Source: Candidatus Hydrogenedentota bacterium (GTDB lineage Bacteria; Hydrogenedentota; Hydrogenedentia; Hydrogenedentales; SLHB01). From it: 51,342 bases of DNA. The translations under genes were made by a program, and so were the position numbers. Below, in pieces: positions 13,445-23,190 of the stretch (position 1 is the first letter of the stretch; each line of letters begins with the position of its first letter). The notes under the pieces were generated by a model, which worked only from the letters and a program-made list of their open reading frames with translations, had not been told where the DNA came from and made no database searches. The stretch lies in NCBI GenBank assembly GCA_034408725.1, contig JAWXCN010000151.1:1-51342 (forward strand), written 5' to 3'.

Positions 13445-14311
13445 TCAGCGTGGCGCCCGGATACGATAAATGTTCGACACGGTTTCGCTAAGTTGGTGTG
13501 TGTAATAGATATAGCCGCCCACACTCCAACAGGGTTGAGTCTCATCCGCCTGGTCAAATGAGAGTTGCCGCTGGTTTCCGCCGTCCACATCCATCACCCA
13601 GATATCATAGTTTCCGGTGCGTTTGGAGGTAAAAACGATTCTACGCCCATCCGGCGAGAACGATGGGTCCGTGTCGTCTTTGTCGTCAGTGGTCAGTTGG
13701 GTCTGCTGAGAACCATCGCGCCGCATGGTCCAAACGTCATCATTTTTTGTGCGATGGGACACAAATACGATGCGGGTCCCATCGGGGGATAAGCGTGGTT
13801 GGTCGCCTTCCGCGAGGACGGCGGTATTCCCTGCCGCAGGCAAGGAATCGGCGTACACCACCTGCATTTCCCTGCGTAGCACGCTTTTATTTTTCGCGCG
13901 GGCATACAGCAGGCCCCTGCGATCGCTGGTATAGTTGGGAAACTCCTCGAGCAGGTCCTGGTCTGTCAATTGGAGGAACCCGGAGCTTCCATCGACGCGC
14001 GATTCATAGAGATCGCCACGGCCGGTGCGGTCCGAGCCGAAAATAATACGCGTTCCGTCCGAAGACCAGTTCGGGTATCGATCATCCTTGTTGCCATTCG
14101 TGAGTTGTAGCGTCCCCGCGGACTTATAGCTGAACACGAAGAGGTTGTAATGACCTGTCCGGTTGCTTGAAAAGGCGATGGAATTCCCGTCCGGCGAAAT
14201 CATGGGGTCCACGTCGCGCTGTGCGCCCGTGGTGATCTGGGTGCGCTCTTCCTGCGCGGAGACACACACGACGGCAAGATACATTGCGGCAATCATACGA
14301 ACTATTCGCAT
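13445..14311 (-). CDS. Secreted TolB-like PD40 beta-propeller protein
   Basis: Signal peptide; repeated P-x-[FWL]-S-[PS]-D-G-x-R-I-V-F-x-S-x-R motifs. Confidence 0.88.
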   Translation of the reverse strand: MRIVRMIAAMYLAVVCVSAQEERTQITTGAQRDVDPMISPDGNSIAFSSNRTGHYNLFVFSYKSAGTLQLTNGNKDDRYPNWSSDGTRIIFGSDRTGRGDLYESRVDGSSGFLQLTDQDLLEEFPNYTSDRRGLLYARAKNKSVLRREMQVVYADSLPAAGNTAVLAEGDQPRLSPDGTRIVFVSHRTKNDDVWTMRRDGSQQTQLTTDDKDDTDPSFSPDGRRIVFTSKRTGNYDIWVMDVDGGNQRQLSFDQADETQPCWSVGGYIYYTHQLSETVSNIYRIRAPR

Positions 14312-14597
14312 TAGCAAGACCCTTTCGCGCCAAGCGAAGCCGCTCGCGCCGGAATCACGGACGGCCCGGCATGGCGAGACTTCGCATTATCCATCAGATT
14401 CGCACCTGCAATAACGTACCGGACGCGCATTGGGTAGTCAACACTTGGGTAGGCACGCAAGGGGGGTACTTTTCCGCGCAAGCCGGGAATAGCGGGAATG
14501 GGGTGATAGCGTTGCCGCTTTGGAATTCGGCGCTGAAAGGCTGGTGCTTCCGGCAAGACTTTGCTAGTCTGCGACGAGGTCCATGAAGGAGATATGA

Positions 14598-16676
14598 ATG
14601 CGTGTATCGCTGGTGCTGATTGTGGTTGTAATGCTTGGACTCTCCGGCGCGCCTGCTGTCGCCGAGGAGAAGTCCTATGACGTAGTCATATACGGAGGGA
14701 CTTCCGGCGGGGTGGCCGCGGCAGTCCAGGCGAGGCGCATGGGCCGCACGGCACTATTAATCGAACCCGGCCAGCACCTTGGCGGGTTGACCAGCGGTGG
14801 GCTTGGCGCAACCGATATCGGCAACAAAGACGCCATCGGGGGAATTTCCCGCGAGTTTTACAGGCGGGTAAAGTCGCACTACGAAGACCCGGCATCATGG
14901 ACCCACGAGCGCCGGGAAGGTTATAAGAATCCCCGGTATAGCTCCGCCGATGACGCCATGTGGACCTTCGAGCCGCGGGTCGCGGAGACAATCTTTCGCG
15001 GGTTTGTCGTGGAGGCAGGCCTCGAGGTTGTCTATGGTGAACGGCTGAAACGGCCCGGCGGCGTAGACAAAATGGAAAGCCGGATTACCGCAATACGAAT
15101 GGAAAGCGGCAAGATTTTTCACGGCGCTTACTTCATTGACGCAACCTACGAAGGCGATCTGCTGGCGGCCGCGGGCGTGTCTTATCACGTTGGACGAGAG
15201 AACAACAGCGTGTACGGCGAAACGTTGAACGGCGTGCAAACGCGCTACGCAATCCACCACCAACTCGTCGCGGGCGTCGATCCGTATCGCGAACCTGGCA
15301 ATCCCGCGAGCGGTTTATTGCCGGGCGTGACGCCGGGGCCACTGCCTGAAGACGGTACGGGCGATTCCAAAGTCCAGGCCTACAACTTCCGCATGTGTCT
15401 CACCGACGATCCGGATAATCGCATTCCCTTCGAGAAACCGGATGTATATGACCCACTCCGGTACGAGGTATTGTTGCGCAACTTCGAAGCGGGCGAGAAG
15501 CGGATTCCCTGGAACCCGATTGCGATGCCGAACCGCAAGACGGACGTGAACAACAATTACGGTTTTTCCACCGACAACATTGGCAAGAATTACGAATGGC
15601 CGGACGGCGATTACGCAACCCGCGACCGCATTTTTCAGGATCATCTGTTATATCAACGCGGTCTCATGTGGACTCTCGCGAATAATCCTCGCGTGCCGGA
15701 ACATATGCGGGCCGAAGTCAGCCGGTGGGGCAACTGCAAAGACGAGTTTCCGGAGAATGGTGGTTGGCCACACCAACTCTATGTGCGCGAGGGAAGACGC
15801 ATGATCTCCGACTACGTCATGACTCAGCACAACTGCGAAGGGCGTGTCGTTGCGGAGGATCCCATTGGCCTCGCCGCCTATACGATGGACTCTCACCACA
15901 TCCAGCGTTATGTTGGCGCGGATGGATTCGCGCACAACGAGGGCGACGTGCAAGTCGGCGGGTTCCCGCCCTATCCGATTTCGTATAAATCGATCCGCCC
16001 AAAGAAGGTGGAATGCGAAAACCTGCTGGCGCCGGTTTGTCTTTCGTCCTCGCACATGGCATTTGGCTCGATTCGCATGGAGCCAGTGTTCATGGTGCTG
16101 GGCCAATCCGCGGCAACCGCCACGTCGATGGCGCTTGAGAACAAACAGGCCGTGCAGGACATAGACTATGCGGCATTGCGGAAGCGACTGGAAGCGGACG
16201 AGCAGGTGTTGGAGTGGTCGGGGCCGGACAAGATCACAAACTTCAAGATCGATCCGAAATCCCTGGACGGAATTGTGATCGATGATCTCGATGCTGAATT
16301 GAGTGAGGGCTGGCTCACCAGCAGCTCCGTCCCGCGTTTCGTGGGCAACTGGTACCGCCACGACGCGAACGAACTCAAGGGCGAGTTGACGGCGCGCTAC
16401 AAACCCAAATCGCTGCCCGCCGGTAAATACGAGGTCCGCGTGTCTTACTCCGCTAACCCAAACCGGGCAACTAACGTGCCGGTCACGATCACGCACGCGG
16501 ATGGCACGACCGCGCAAACGATCAACGAACGTGAAACACCGAGGTATGACCAGGCGTTTGTATCGGTTGGGGTGTATACGTTTGAGAAGGACAATGCGGA
16601 GGTTGTGTTGAGCAATGAAGGAACGGATGGGCATATGGTTATTGATGCTGTTCAGTTTCTGCCTGTCGGAAATTAG
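14598..16676 (+). CDS. Secreted FAD-dependent oxidoreductase with C-terminal golvesin/xanthan-lyase-type carbohydrate-binding domain
   Basis: DVVIYGGTSGGVAAA, FIDATYEGDL, LYVREGRRM and SIRMEPVFM; C-terminal GKYEVRVSY...NRATNVPVTI...IDAVQF; AAGGAG RBS. Confidence 0.88.
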   Translation: MRVSLVLIVVVMLGLSGAPAVAEEKSYDVVIYGGTSGGVAAAVQARRMGRTALLIEPGQHLGGLTSGGLGATDIGNKDAIGGISREFYRRVKSHYEDPASWTHERREGYKNPRYSSADDAMWTFEPRVAETIFRGFVVEAGLEVVYGERLKRPGGVDKMESRITAIRMESGKIFHGAYFIDATYEGDLLAAAGVSYHVGRENNSVYGETLNGVQTRYAIHHQLVAGVDPYREPGNPASGLLPGVTPGPLPEDGTGDSKVQAYNFRMCLTDDPDNRIPFEKPDVYDPLRYEVLLRNFEAGEKRIPWNPIAMPNRKTDVNNNYGFSTDNIGKNYEWPDGDYATRDRIFQDHLLYQRGLMWTLANNPRVPEHMRAEVSRWGNCKDEFPENGGWPHQLYVREGRRMISDYVMTQHNCEGRVVAEDPIGLAAYTMDSHHIQRYVGADGFAHNEGDVQVGGFPPYPISYKSIRPKKVECENLLAPVCLSSSHMAFGSIRMEPVFMVLGQSAATATSMALENKQAVQDIDYAALRKRLEADEQVLEWSGPDKITNFKIDPKSLDGIVIDDLDAELSEGWLTSSSVPRFVGNWYRHDANELKGELTARYKPKSLPAGKYEVRVSYSANPNRATNVPVTITHADGTTAQTINERETPRYDQAFVSVGVYTFEKDNAEVVLSNEGTDGHMVIDAVQFLPVGN

Positions 16677-16766
16677 TATGACGGCCCATTCGAGCGGCCA
16701 GCGGAAAATCATTATCGATACGCGATGACTGCGGAAATAAAAGACAAAGATTACGAGGAAAACCAA

Positions 16767-17930
16767 ATGCAAACCCGACACCGCATCTTTTGCCTGGCTA
16801 TCGCCCTCGCGGCGCTATTCGGCCAAAGTTATGCCGAACCCGCAATCGTGAAGGAAAAAGACATTGTCCTCTATTCTGACGCGAGGTTTTACAGCGCGTT
16901 TCCCTCGATTGTGCAGCGCCCAGACGGAGAACTGATTGTCGCGTTTCGGCGCGCGCCCGAGCGCCAATATTTTGGCGAACCCAACTCGAACCATACCGAC
17001 CCGAACAGCTATCTCGTGCTGATCCGGTCCAATGACAACGCCGCGACGTGGACCTCCGAACCGGAGCTGATTTTTGCGCATCCATTCGGCGGCTCACAGG
17101 ACCCCTGCATGACCCAATTGCGCGACGGTTCCATCGTGTGCAGTAGCTACGGTTGGGCGCAATTGCGTGGCGATGCGGCGGAGAAGTTTTCAGAATCCAT
17201 GCGCCACGGCGAATTCGTTTTTATGGGTGGCTACCTTTTGCGTTCGACCGATGCAGGCAAATCCTGGTCGGCGCCGATCATCCCGCCGAATGTTCCGGGG
17301 AATGTTGTGAAGAACGTTTTCAACGAACCGTGTCCTGCGTACAACCGCGGGCCAATGTGGGAGAGTCGCGACGGTACGCTATTCTGGGCCATCGCATCGC
17401 AAACGCAGCTCAATCCGCGGATCGCGGAAACGCATTTGCTGGCCTCGCGTGACGGTGGATTGACGTGGGAGTACCGCACTCCTATCGCGCAGGACGAAAA
17501 GGCGTCGTTCAACGAAACCGCGCTCATCGAAACACAAAAAGGTGATCTGATTGCGTTTATGCGCACGGCGGATTTTGATGATCGCACGGTCATGGCGCGG
17601 TCCACCGACGGGGGTAAAAGCTTCGAGAAATGGATTGACACGGGCTTCCAGGGGCATCCGCATTGCGCGACCGTGCTGCCTGATGGACGCATTCTGCTGG
17701 TCTACGGATACCGTCACGCGCCGTTCGGCATTCGCGCGCGGGTACTGGACCCGGACGCCACAAATATCAAGGAAGTCGAAGAAATCATTCTGCGCGATGA
17801 CGGCGGCAATAGCGATCTGGGCTATCCCTGGGTGACCGCGATGGCCGACGGGAAGTATCTCGTCGTCTATTATTTTAATAAGGAAAACGGAACGCGGCAT
17901 ATTGCGGGCAGCATCGTCGCCGTGCGATGA
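16767..17930 (+). CDS. Secreted BNR/Asp-box sialidase-family glycoside hydrolase
   Basis: Signal peptide; Asp boxes SNDNAATW, STDAGKSW, SRDGGLTW and STDGGKSF; C-terminal DLGYP. Start moved to ATG 16767 (GAGG RBS). Confidence 0.85.
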   Translation: MQTRHRIFCLAIALAALFGQSYAEPAIVKEKDIVLYSDARFYSAFPSIVQRPDGELIVAFRRAPERQYFGEPNSNHTDPNSYLVLIRSNDNAATWTSEPELIFAHPFGGSQDPCMTQLRDGSIVCSSYGWAQLRGDAAEKFSESMRHGEFVFMGGYLLRSTDAGKSWSAPIIPPNVPGNVVKNVFNEPCPAYNRGPMWESRDGTLFWAIASQTQLNPRIAETHLLASRDGGLTWEYRTPIAQDEKASFNETALIETQKGDLIAFMRTADFDDRTVMARSTDGGKSFEKWIDTGFQGHPHCATVLPDGRILLVYGYRHAPFGIRARVLDPDATNIKEVEEIILRDDGGNSDLGYPWVTAMADGKYLVVYYFNKENGTRHIAGSIVAVR

Positions 17931-17937
17931 AAATATT

Positions 17938-18254
17938 CTAGAGAAAAGAACTGGTTGCGCTTATTCTGCGTTTGACAACGTGATAATGTTGCTTGTCCTT
18001 GATCTGCCAGTCCGCTTGCTCACTGGGATTATAGAACCGTACCCGCCCGGATACGCACAGTATCTCAGACAAATAGGACTCGAAGAGTTCCTGTAATTCC
18101 CGGAACGCCGCGCCCTTGGTTTTCCCCGTGCCGACGATATCGAATTGGAGCGCGATAGCTTGCCATTCCTTACCTGCCTTTTTTTATATGCGACCGACAC
18201 TGCGCCGTCCAAGGTCCTCACCTCGACATGAGTGGACTTGCGTTTCGTTGCCAT
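17938..18254 (-). pseudogene. HicB-like small protein gene interrupted by a -1 frameshift at an A7 tract (18179-18185)
   Basis: GGAGG RBS and ATG at 18254. One extra A gives an uninterrupted 105-aa protein ...YKKKAGKEWQAIALQFDIVGTGKTKGAAFRELQELFESYL...NPSEQADW..., ending at TAG 17938-17940. Confidence 0.6.
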
Positions 18255-18334
18255 GCGGCGGTTTCCTCCCTCTGGAATTCTAACATTTTTCGACCTTGGA
18301 GGATACTTGAGCAGCTATGCAAATGTGACAGAGT

Positions 18335-19351
18335 TTACGCGCGGCGCGCTCGCGCCAATGAGACGTTCAGGATCAGCGCCGCCAACAGAATTGCGCCCAT
18401 GATCGAGTCCTTAAGATAGATGTCGATCTCGACGTGGTTGAGCCCATTTTGAAGGATGCCAAAGGTCAGTACACCAATGACGGTATGGCCGATTCCGCCT
18501 TTACCGCCGAAGAGTGACGTTCCGCCCACCACGACCGCTGACACGCACTGGATCAGGACGTTGTCCAATCCGCCGGCCTGCGCGCTGCCCATTCTCCCGA
18601 CAAGCACGATGCCCGCTACTGCCGCGGTGATGCTGCAAATGCAAAAGCATGCGCAGAGCGTGCGGGTGACGTTGATGCCGGACAGTTCGGCGGAGACCCG
18701 GTTACCTCCGACAGCGTAGACGTTGCGGCCAAACCGGGTGTATCGCAGCATGATGAAGGCAATGAAAAGGAACACGGCGGCAACGATGGTTATCCACGGA
18801 ATTTCGATGAGGCTGTACACCGTCCCGTTTGCGCGGGTGCGTTGCACGAACCCTATCGAGTTTTCGCCCACAAATTTCAAAGATGATGGAATCGTGAAGA
18901 TCGGCGCGCCCATTGTGATGCGCAATGCGAATCCCATTGCGATGAGCGATGCCGCGAGCGTCATCATGAACGATGGAACCCGCAACTTTGAGACGCCAAG
19001 TCCGATCAACACTCCGAATACGCCCGCGCCTGTTACCGCGGCAACCATCGGGATACCTTCCTGCATAAACGGCGGCATGGATGGAAATTGGGAAAGCAGC
19101 GTATTAAACAACCATGCTGACGCAACGCCCGCGAGTATCGCCATAGCCTCGATACTGAGGTCGATTTCGCCCGTGAGCAGGACAAACGTGACCCCGACGG
19201 CCATGATCGCGAGCGCGGAATTTTGCCGCAGAATGTTAATGAGGTTTTCGCGCGTGAAAAACGAATCGGTGACGAAAGCGAAAAACAGAAACATGACAAC
19301 ACAGGTGAGCAGCGGCGCGAGGGTGTCAAGATGTCGTCCCCAATTTCGCAC
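18335..19351 (-). CDS. Sugar ABC transporter permease (RbsC/BPD_transp_2 family)
   Basis: TGEIDLS, TRFGRNVYAVGGN...AELSGIN and SAVVVGGTSLFGGKG motifs; multiple TM segments. Confidence 0.92.
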   Translation of the reverse strand: MRNWGRHLDTLAPLLTCVVMFLFFAFVTDSFFTRENLINILRQNSALAIMAVGVTFVLLTGEIDLSIEAMAILAGVASAWLFNTLLSQFPSMPPFMQEGIPMVAAVTGAGVFGVLIGLGVSKLRVPSFMMTLAASLIAMGFALRITMGAPIFTIPSSLKFVGENSIGFVQRTRANGTVYSLIEIPWITIVAAVFLFIAFIMLRYTRFGRNVYAVGGNRVSAELSGINVTRTLCACFCICSITAAVAGIVLVGRMGSAQAGGLDNVLIQCVSAVVVGGTSLFGGKGGIGHTVIGVLTFGILQNGLNHVEIDIYLKDSIMGAILLAALILNVSLARARRA

Positions 19352-19440
19352 GCTGTCCCCCTGTTGTCCGTCCGCACGCGCCGTGTCGCCGGATGTTGTA
19401 GAATCTCGAAGCCGTCATTCAGCTATTACGAGTTTATCGA

Positions 19441-20241
19441 ATGGCAACTGTAATTCCACCACCTATCGCGCCACAACCCCTGCCGTCGCGACCACCACCA
19501 GGCGCTGGCTCTGGTCTTGGCGCCTGGAGTATTGGCGCGGGCATTCTGGGCCTCGCGGGATCGACGTGTCTGCTTGGGCTCATTCTGGGGCCTCTGGGAA
19601 TCGTGCTCGCACTGATCGCGATGGGAAAACCGGACGAGTCCCGGTGGCGCATCGCCTTTGGGCTGGCATTGTCCGGCGCCGCGCTCTTGGCGAGCGTTGC
19701 GGCGGCTGTTGTGACGTTCAATTCCATCGGCACGCTCGGCCCACAGTCCTGGGAAGGCGTGCGTGCCCCGGATTTTACCTTGCGCACGAGTAATGGCGAA
19801 ACCGTTCGCTTATCCGCTTTGCGCGGGAAGATGGTGTTCGTCGATGTTTGGGCAACCTGGTGTCCGCCCTGCATTGAAAGCATTCCACACCTCGAACTGC
19901 TGGCGGAGAAATACAAAGCCGGCGGCGTGGTGGTGCTGGGCCTCAGCACGGACGCCGCCGATACGCTCCGCGAATATCTGGACGACAAGCCCATTGGGTA
20001 TGCGACGGGCGTCATTGGCCACGGTTTTCCAGAACCCTATGGCACGGTCGCCGTTTTACCAACGCTGTTTGTAATAGATCGCAACGGCGTGATCGTCGCC
20101 GTGGAACGGGGCTATCACTCCTACGAAGAGATCAGTATGCTCGCCCGTCTTCCCGACTACCCCGGCACGCCGTTAGACCCGCCCAACAGGAAGTCTCCGG
20201 AAGTTAGCGATGCAAGCGACGGCGCCACACGCGATCCATAA
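19441..20241 (+). CDS. TlpA-family thiol-disulfide oxidoreductase with N-terminal DUF4190-like membrane hairpin
   Basis: APDFTL...LRGKMVFVDVWATWCPPC...LPTLFVIDRNG; N-terminal Pro-rich stretch followed by TM helices. Confidence 0.85.
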   Translation: MATVIPPPIAPQPLPSRPPPGAGSGLGAWSIGAGILGLAGSTCLLGLILGPLGIVLALIAMGKPDESRWRIAFGLALSGAALLASVAAAVVTFNSIGTLGPQSWEGVRAPDFTLRTSNGETVRLSALRGKMVFVDVWATWCPPCIESIPHLELLAEKYKAGGVVVLGLSTDAADTLREYLDDKPIGYATGVIGHGFPEPYGTVAVLPTLFVIDRNGVIVAVERGYHSYEEISMLARLPDYPGTPLDPPNRKSPEVSDASDGATRDP

Positions 20242-20313
20242 CTGAATGCGTGTCGCGCAGATTGCATTTCCCTCATGCTGCCGCTACTCTTTTCCTTTTG
20301 GGAAGGGGTCATC

Positions 20314-21507
20314 ATGAGCAATGCAACTACGGTACGTTCGGTGCCGCCATCGGCCGTGCCACAGCCTGAATCGAGGGACAGCGCGCGAATGCTTGCGCTC
20401 GATGTCCTTCGCGGCTTTACGATGTTCTGGATTATCGGGTCGGATTCCCTGCACAACGCCTTCAAATCAATCGGCGAAAAGGGTCCGGCGGGATTTCTCG
20501 CCAACCAATTCGAACATCGGTCGTGGGAAGGGTTCGTGTTTTACGATCTGATTTTCCCGATGTTTATTTTCATCATCGGCATCTCGCTGGTATTTTCCCT
20601 GCAAAAGATCGTGAAGACGGAAGGTAAGGCGCAGGCCTACCGCCGGGTATTCAACCGGTTCATTTTGTTGTTTCTGTTGGGCGTGTTTTACGACGAAGGC
20701 ATGCTCAAGCTCTTCGAGTATGCAAACGATGATAAGCTCGAAGGTTTGAAATGGTGGGTGTGGGATGAGAATGAACTCTGCGGTGTATTGCAGCGCCTCG
20801 CGATCTGCTATTTCATCACCAGCCTATTGTTCCTGAATCTGGAGTGGAAAGGCCTAGTGGCCGTCTTCGTTGGGATTACCGTGGTCTACTGGGCCGCGCT
20901 GACCTTTGTGACCGCCCCTGGCCAGGAAGAACATTCCTGGGAGCGCGGCAAGAACATCATTCACTACATCGATTCAAAAATTCCGCCATACGGGGGATCG
21001 GATCCCGAAAGTCTCGCGACAACGCCGCCCGCAATCACGACGTGTCTGCTCGGCGTGTTCGTGGCATTTCTCATCCAGGACAAGAAGTACACCATTCAGC
21101 AGAAAGTGCTTTATTTGATCGCTGCCGGTGCGGTGATGACGATTGTCGGCTACCTGTGGGGTTGGTACGGCGGTTACCCGATCATCAAACGGCTATGGAC
21201 CACGACGTACGTGTTGGTTGCCGGCGGATACAGTTGCATTTTGCTGGGCCTCTTCATTTACATCATCGACATCGCACGGATGCACTGGTGGATTCCTATG
21301 TTCATGTGGATTGGCATGAATCCGCTTACCATCTACATGTCCACGAACATCATCGATTACCAGCGCCTGGCCCGGCGGTTCGTGGGTGGGCCCATCGAGG
21401 ATTTGGCGGGACCCTACGGACCCTTGCTGATCGCGATAGTCGCGCTGACAATTTCAATTCTCATCGTGCGATGGATGTACTACAAGAGAATCTTTATTCG
21501 GCTGTAG
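20314..21507 (+). CDS. Membrane acyltransferase, heparan-alpha-glucosaminide N-acetyltransferase (DUF5009)-like
   Basis: ALDVLRGFTM, HRSWEG..FYDLIFPMFIFIIG, GVLQRLAICY, DPE and PIIKRLWTTTYVL. Start moved to ATG 20314. Confidence 0.85.
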   Translation: MSNATTVRSVPPSAVPQPESRDSARMLALDVLRGFTMFWIIGSDSLHNAFKSIGEKGPAGFLANQFEHRSWEGFVFYDLIFPMFIFIIGISLVFSLQKIVKTEGKAQAYRRVFNRFILLFLLGVFYDEGMLKLFEYANDDKLEGLKWWVWDENELCGVLQRLAICYFITSLLFLNLEWKGLVAVFVGITVVYWAALTFVTAPGQEEHSWERGKNIIHYIDSKIPPYGGSDPESLATTPPAITTCLLGVFVAFLIQDKKYTIQQKVLYLIAAGAVMTIVGYLWGWYGGYPIIKRLWTTTYVLVAGGYSCILLGLFIYIIDIARMHWWIPMFMWIGMNPLTIYMSTNIIDYQRLARRFVGGPIEDLAGPYGPLLIAIVALTISILIVRWMYYKRIFIRL

Positions 21508-21534
21508 ACGATTGTCCGTCCAGCGCGCAATGTT

Positions 21535-23187
21535 ATGACAACGCCATTCGAGTTCGCAGTCGAGGTCTTGCGCTGGGCGTGGGGCATCCCGGTGTTTGCG
21601 TTGTTGTGGTGGTTGACGCGCCGGTTGCGCCACGACCCTCACGAACTTCGCGAGCCACGTTGGGAGGGCCGCGCCCTCTGGTTTACACTCGAACGCCTCG
21701 ACCGCGTTTCACTCGGAATCATCGCGGGAGCGGGACTGTTGTTTTGGCTTGGCCGGAACACCGTCGATCCAATTCCACCAGATTCCGTGTATCACCTGCT
21801 CGTCGCGCGCCGTATCACGGAGCTTGGCGCGATTCCGTGGTGGGACGATTGGCAGTTCGCGCCGCTGGGCCGTCCGCACCTGTATCCACCGTTGTTTCAT
21901 CTGCTGCTCGCGGGAGCGGCAAAACTCGCCGGCGGAGATTTCATCACGGGATTCCGCTGGGTGGAATCGTTGGCGCTGCCCTTTACCTTTTTCTCGACCT
22001 GGTATCTTGCGCGCTGGTTGTTCGACGCGCGCCGCGCCTTCGTTGCATTGCTGATCGTGGGCACGGACTACTCGCTCGTTTTTACCTCGGTGATGGGAAC
22101 GCCGAGCGTATTGTCCACCTCGCTGTTTAGCATACTCATCGTTTTTTTTCTGTCAGGCCGCTGGCTGGTGGCCACCGCAATCGCGATCATGATTGTTTAT
22201 ACCCATCTTGGCGTGCCAACAATCATGTTCGGCGCACTCACCATCTTTTGCGTGTTCAACCGGCGCTATCTGCCGCAATTGCTTGCGATGGCCGCGATTA
22301 CCCTTGTGACCGGATTGCCGTGGTACGCGCGTCTCGTTATTTTTCGCGACTGGTTTGCGCATCCCCTCGAGCTGGGCGTGTACGGCGCCTTGCCGTCGGA
22401 GTGGATTTGGTTTTACAAAATCGCATGGCTCCAGTTCATCAGCATTTCTATCCTGGTGCTTATGATTCGTTCATTTCGCGGGCTGCGCTGGGGTGAACCG
22501 CGCAATCAGATATTACTGGCGATAATTGCCGCCAGCCTCCCTATGCTGCTCAATTATGGCGGACGCTTCTACACGCACTCTCTGCATATTTGGGCGATAC
22601 TCGCGGGAGGGTTATTTGCGCAGTACCTCGTGGCGCCCGTATCGCGGAAGCGGATTATCGCGTTTTGCCTGCTGGCCCTGACGCCAAGCGCGGGCATCAT
22701 GGGCACGGGTACGCCCATCGGCCCCGGCGTGTATCCGATGCCTTCGGCATGGTTGCTCGGGCCATTCATTGCCGCGGGCGGCTTGCGATTGGTAAACGAT
22801 TCGCAACCGCCGGGATACGTGACTTGGGCGCAGACCAGTGCCGTCGGAGAACGCGTGGCCGCGCTAACCGAACCGGACCAGATTATCTATTGCGAACACG
22901 ATCGGGATTTTGCGTTGATGGTGCAGTGGCACGCGCACCGGCCAATTGACACCGGCGCGTGGGAAGAAACACAACCAGGCAAGCAGGCGATGGAATTGAT
23001 CGACTGGGCGGGCCGGAACAATCCGCGCGCGTGTTTCGTGTCCCGTTTCAACGTGGGTTTTCCGGCGGACATGTACGTCGAGCAAGTAGGTGATTTGTTT
23101 ATCGCGATACGCATGGACAAGAAGGATCAAAAGCAGTTGCGCAAAGAGATTCGGAAGCAGGAGAAAGCCGGCCGAAACGTTCCTTAG
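21535..23187 (+). CDS. Multi-pass membrane protein, probable GT-C-fold glycosyltransferase
   Basis: PPDSVYHL..ARRI and APLGRPHLYPPLFH in the first extracytoplasmic loop, then many TM helices and a soluble C-terminal domain. Confidence 0.6.
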   Translation: MTTPFEFAVEVLRWAWGIPVFALLWWLTRRLRHDPHELREPRWEGRALWFTLERLDRVSLGIIAGAGLLFWLGRNTVDPIPPDSVYHLLVARRITELGAIPWWDDWQFAPLGRPHLYPPLFHLLLAGAAKLAGGDFITGFRWVESLALPFTFFSTWYLARWLFDARRAFVALLIVGTDYSLVFTSVMGTPSVLSTSLFSILIVFFLSGRWLVATAIAIMIVYTHLGVPTIMFGALTIFCVFNRRYLPQLLAMAAITLVTGLPWYARLVIFRDWFAHPLELGVYGALPSEWIWFYKIAWLQFISISILVLMIRSFRGLRWGEPRNQILLAIIAASLPMLLNYGGRFYTHSLHIWAILAGGLFAQYLVAPVSRKRIIAFCLLALTPSAGIMGTGTPIGPGVYPMPSAWLLGPFIAAGGLRLVNDSQPPGYVTWAQTSAVGERVAALTEPDQIIYCEHDRDFALMVQWHAHRPIDTGAWEETQPGKQAMELIDWAGRNNPRACFVSRFNVGFPADMYVEQVGDLFIAIRMDKKDQKQLRKEIRKQEKAGRNVP

Positions 23188-23190
23188 CGC

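Noticed and set aside
18179-18185. Canonical A_AAA_AAG programmed -1 ribosomal frameshift
   Set aside because: In the zero frame the codons are TAT AAA AAA AGG, so the heptamer is out of register for tandem slippage, and A7 is short for efficient transcriptional slippage.
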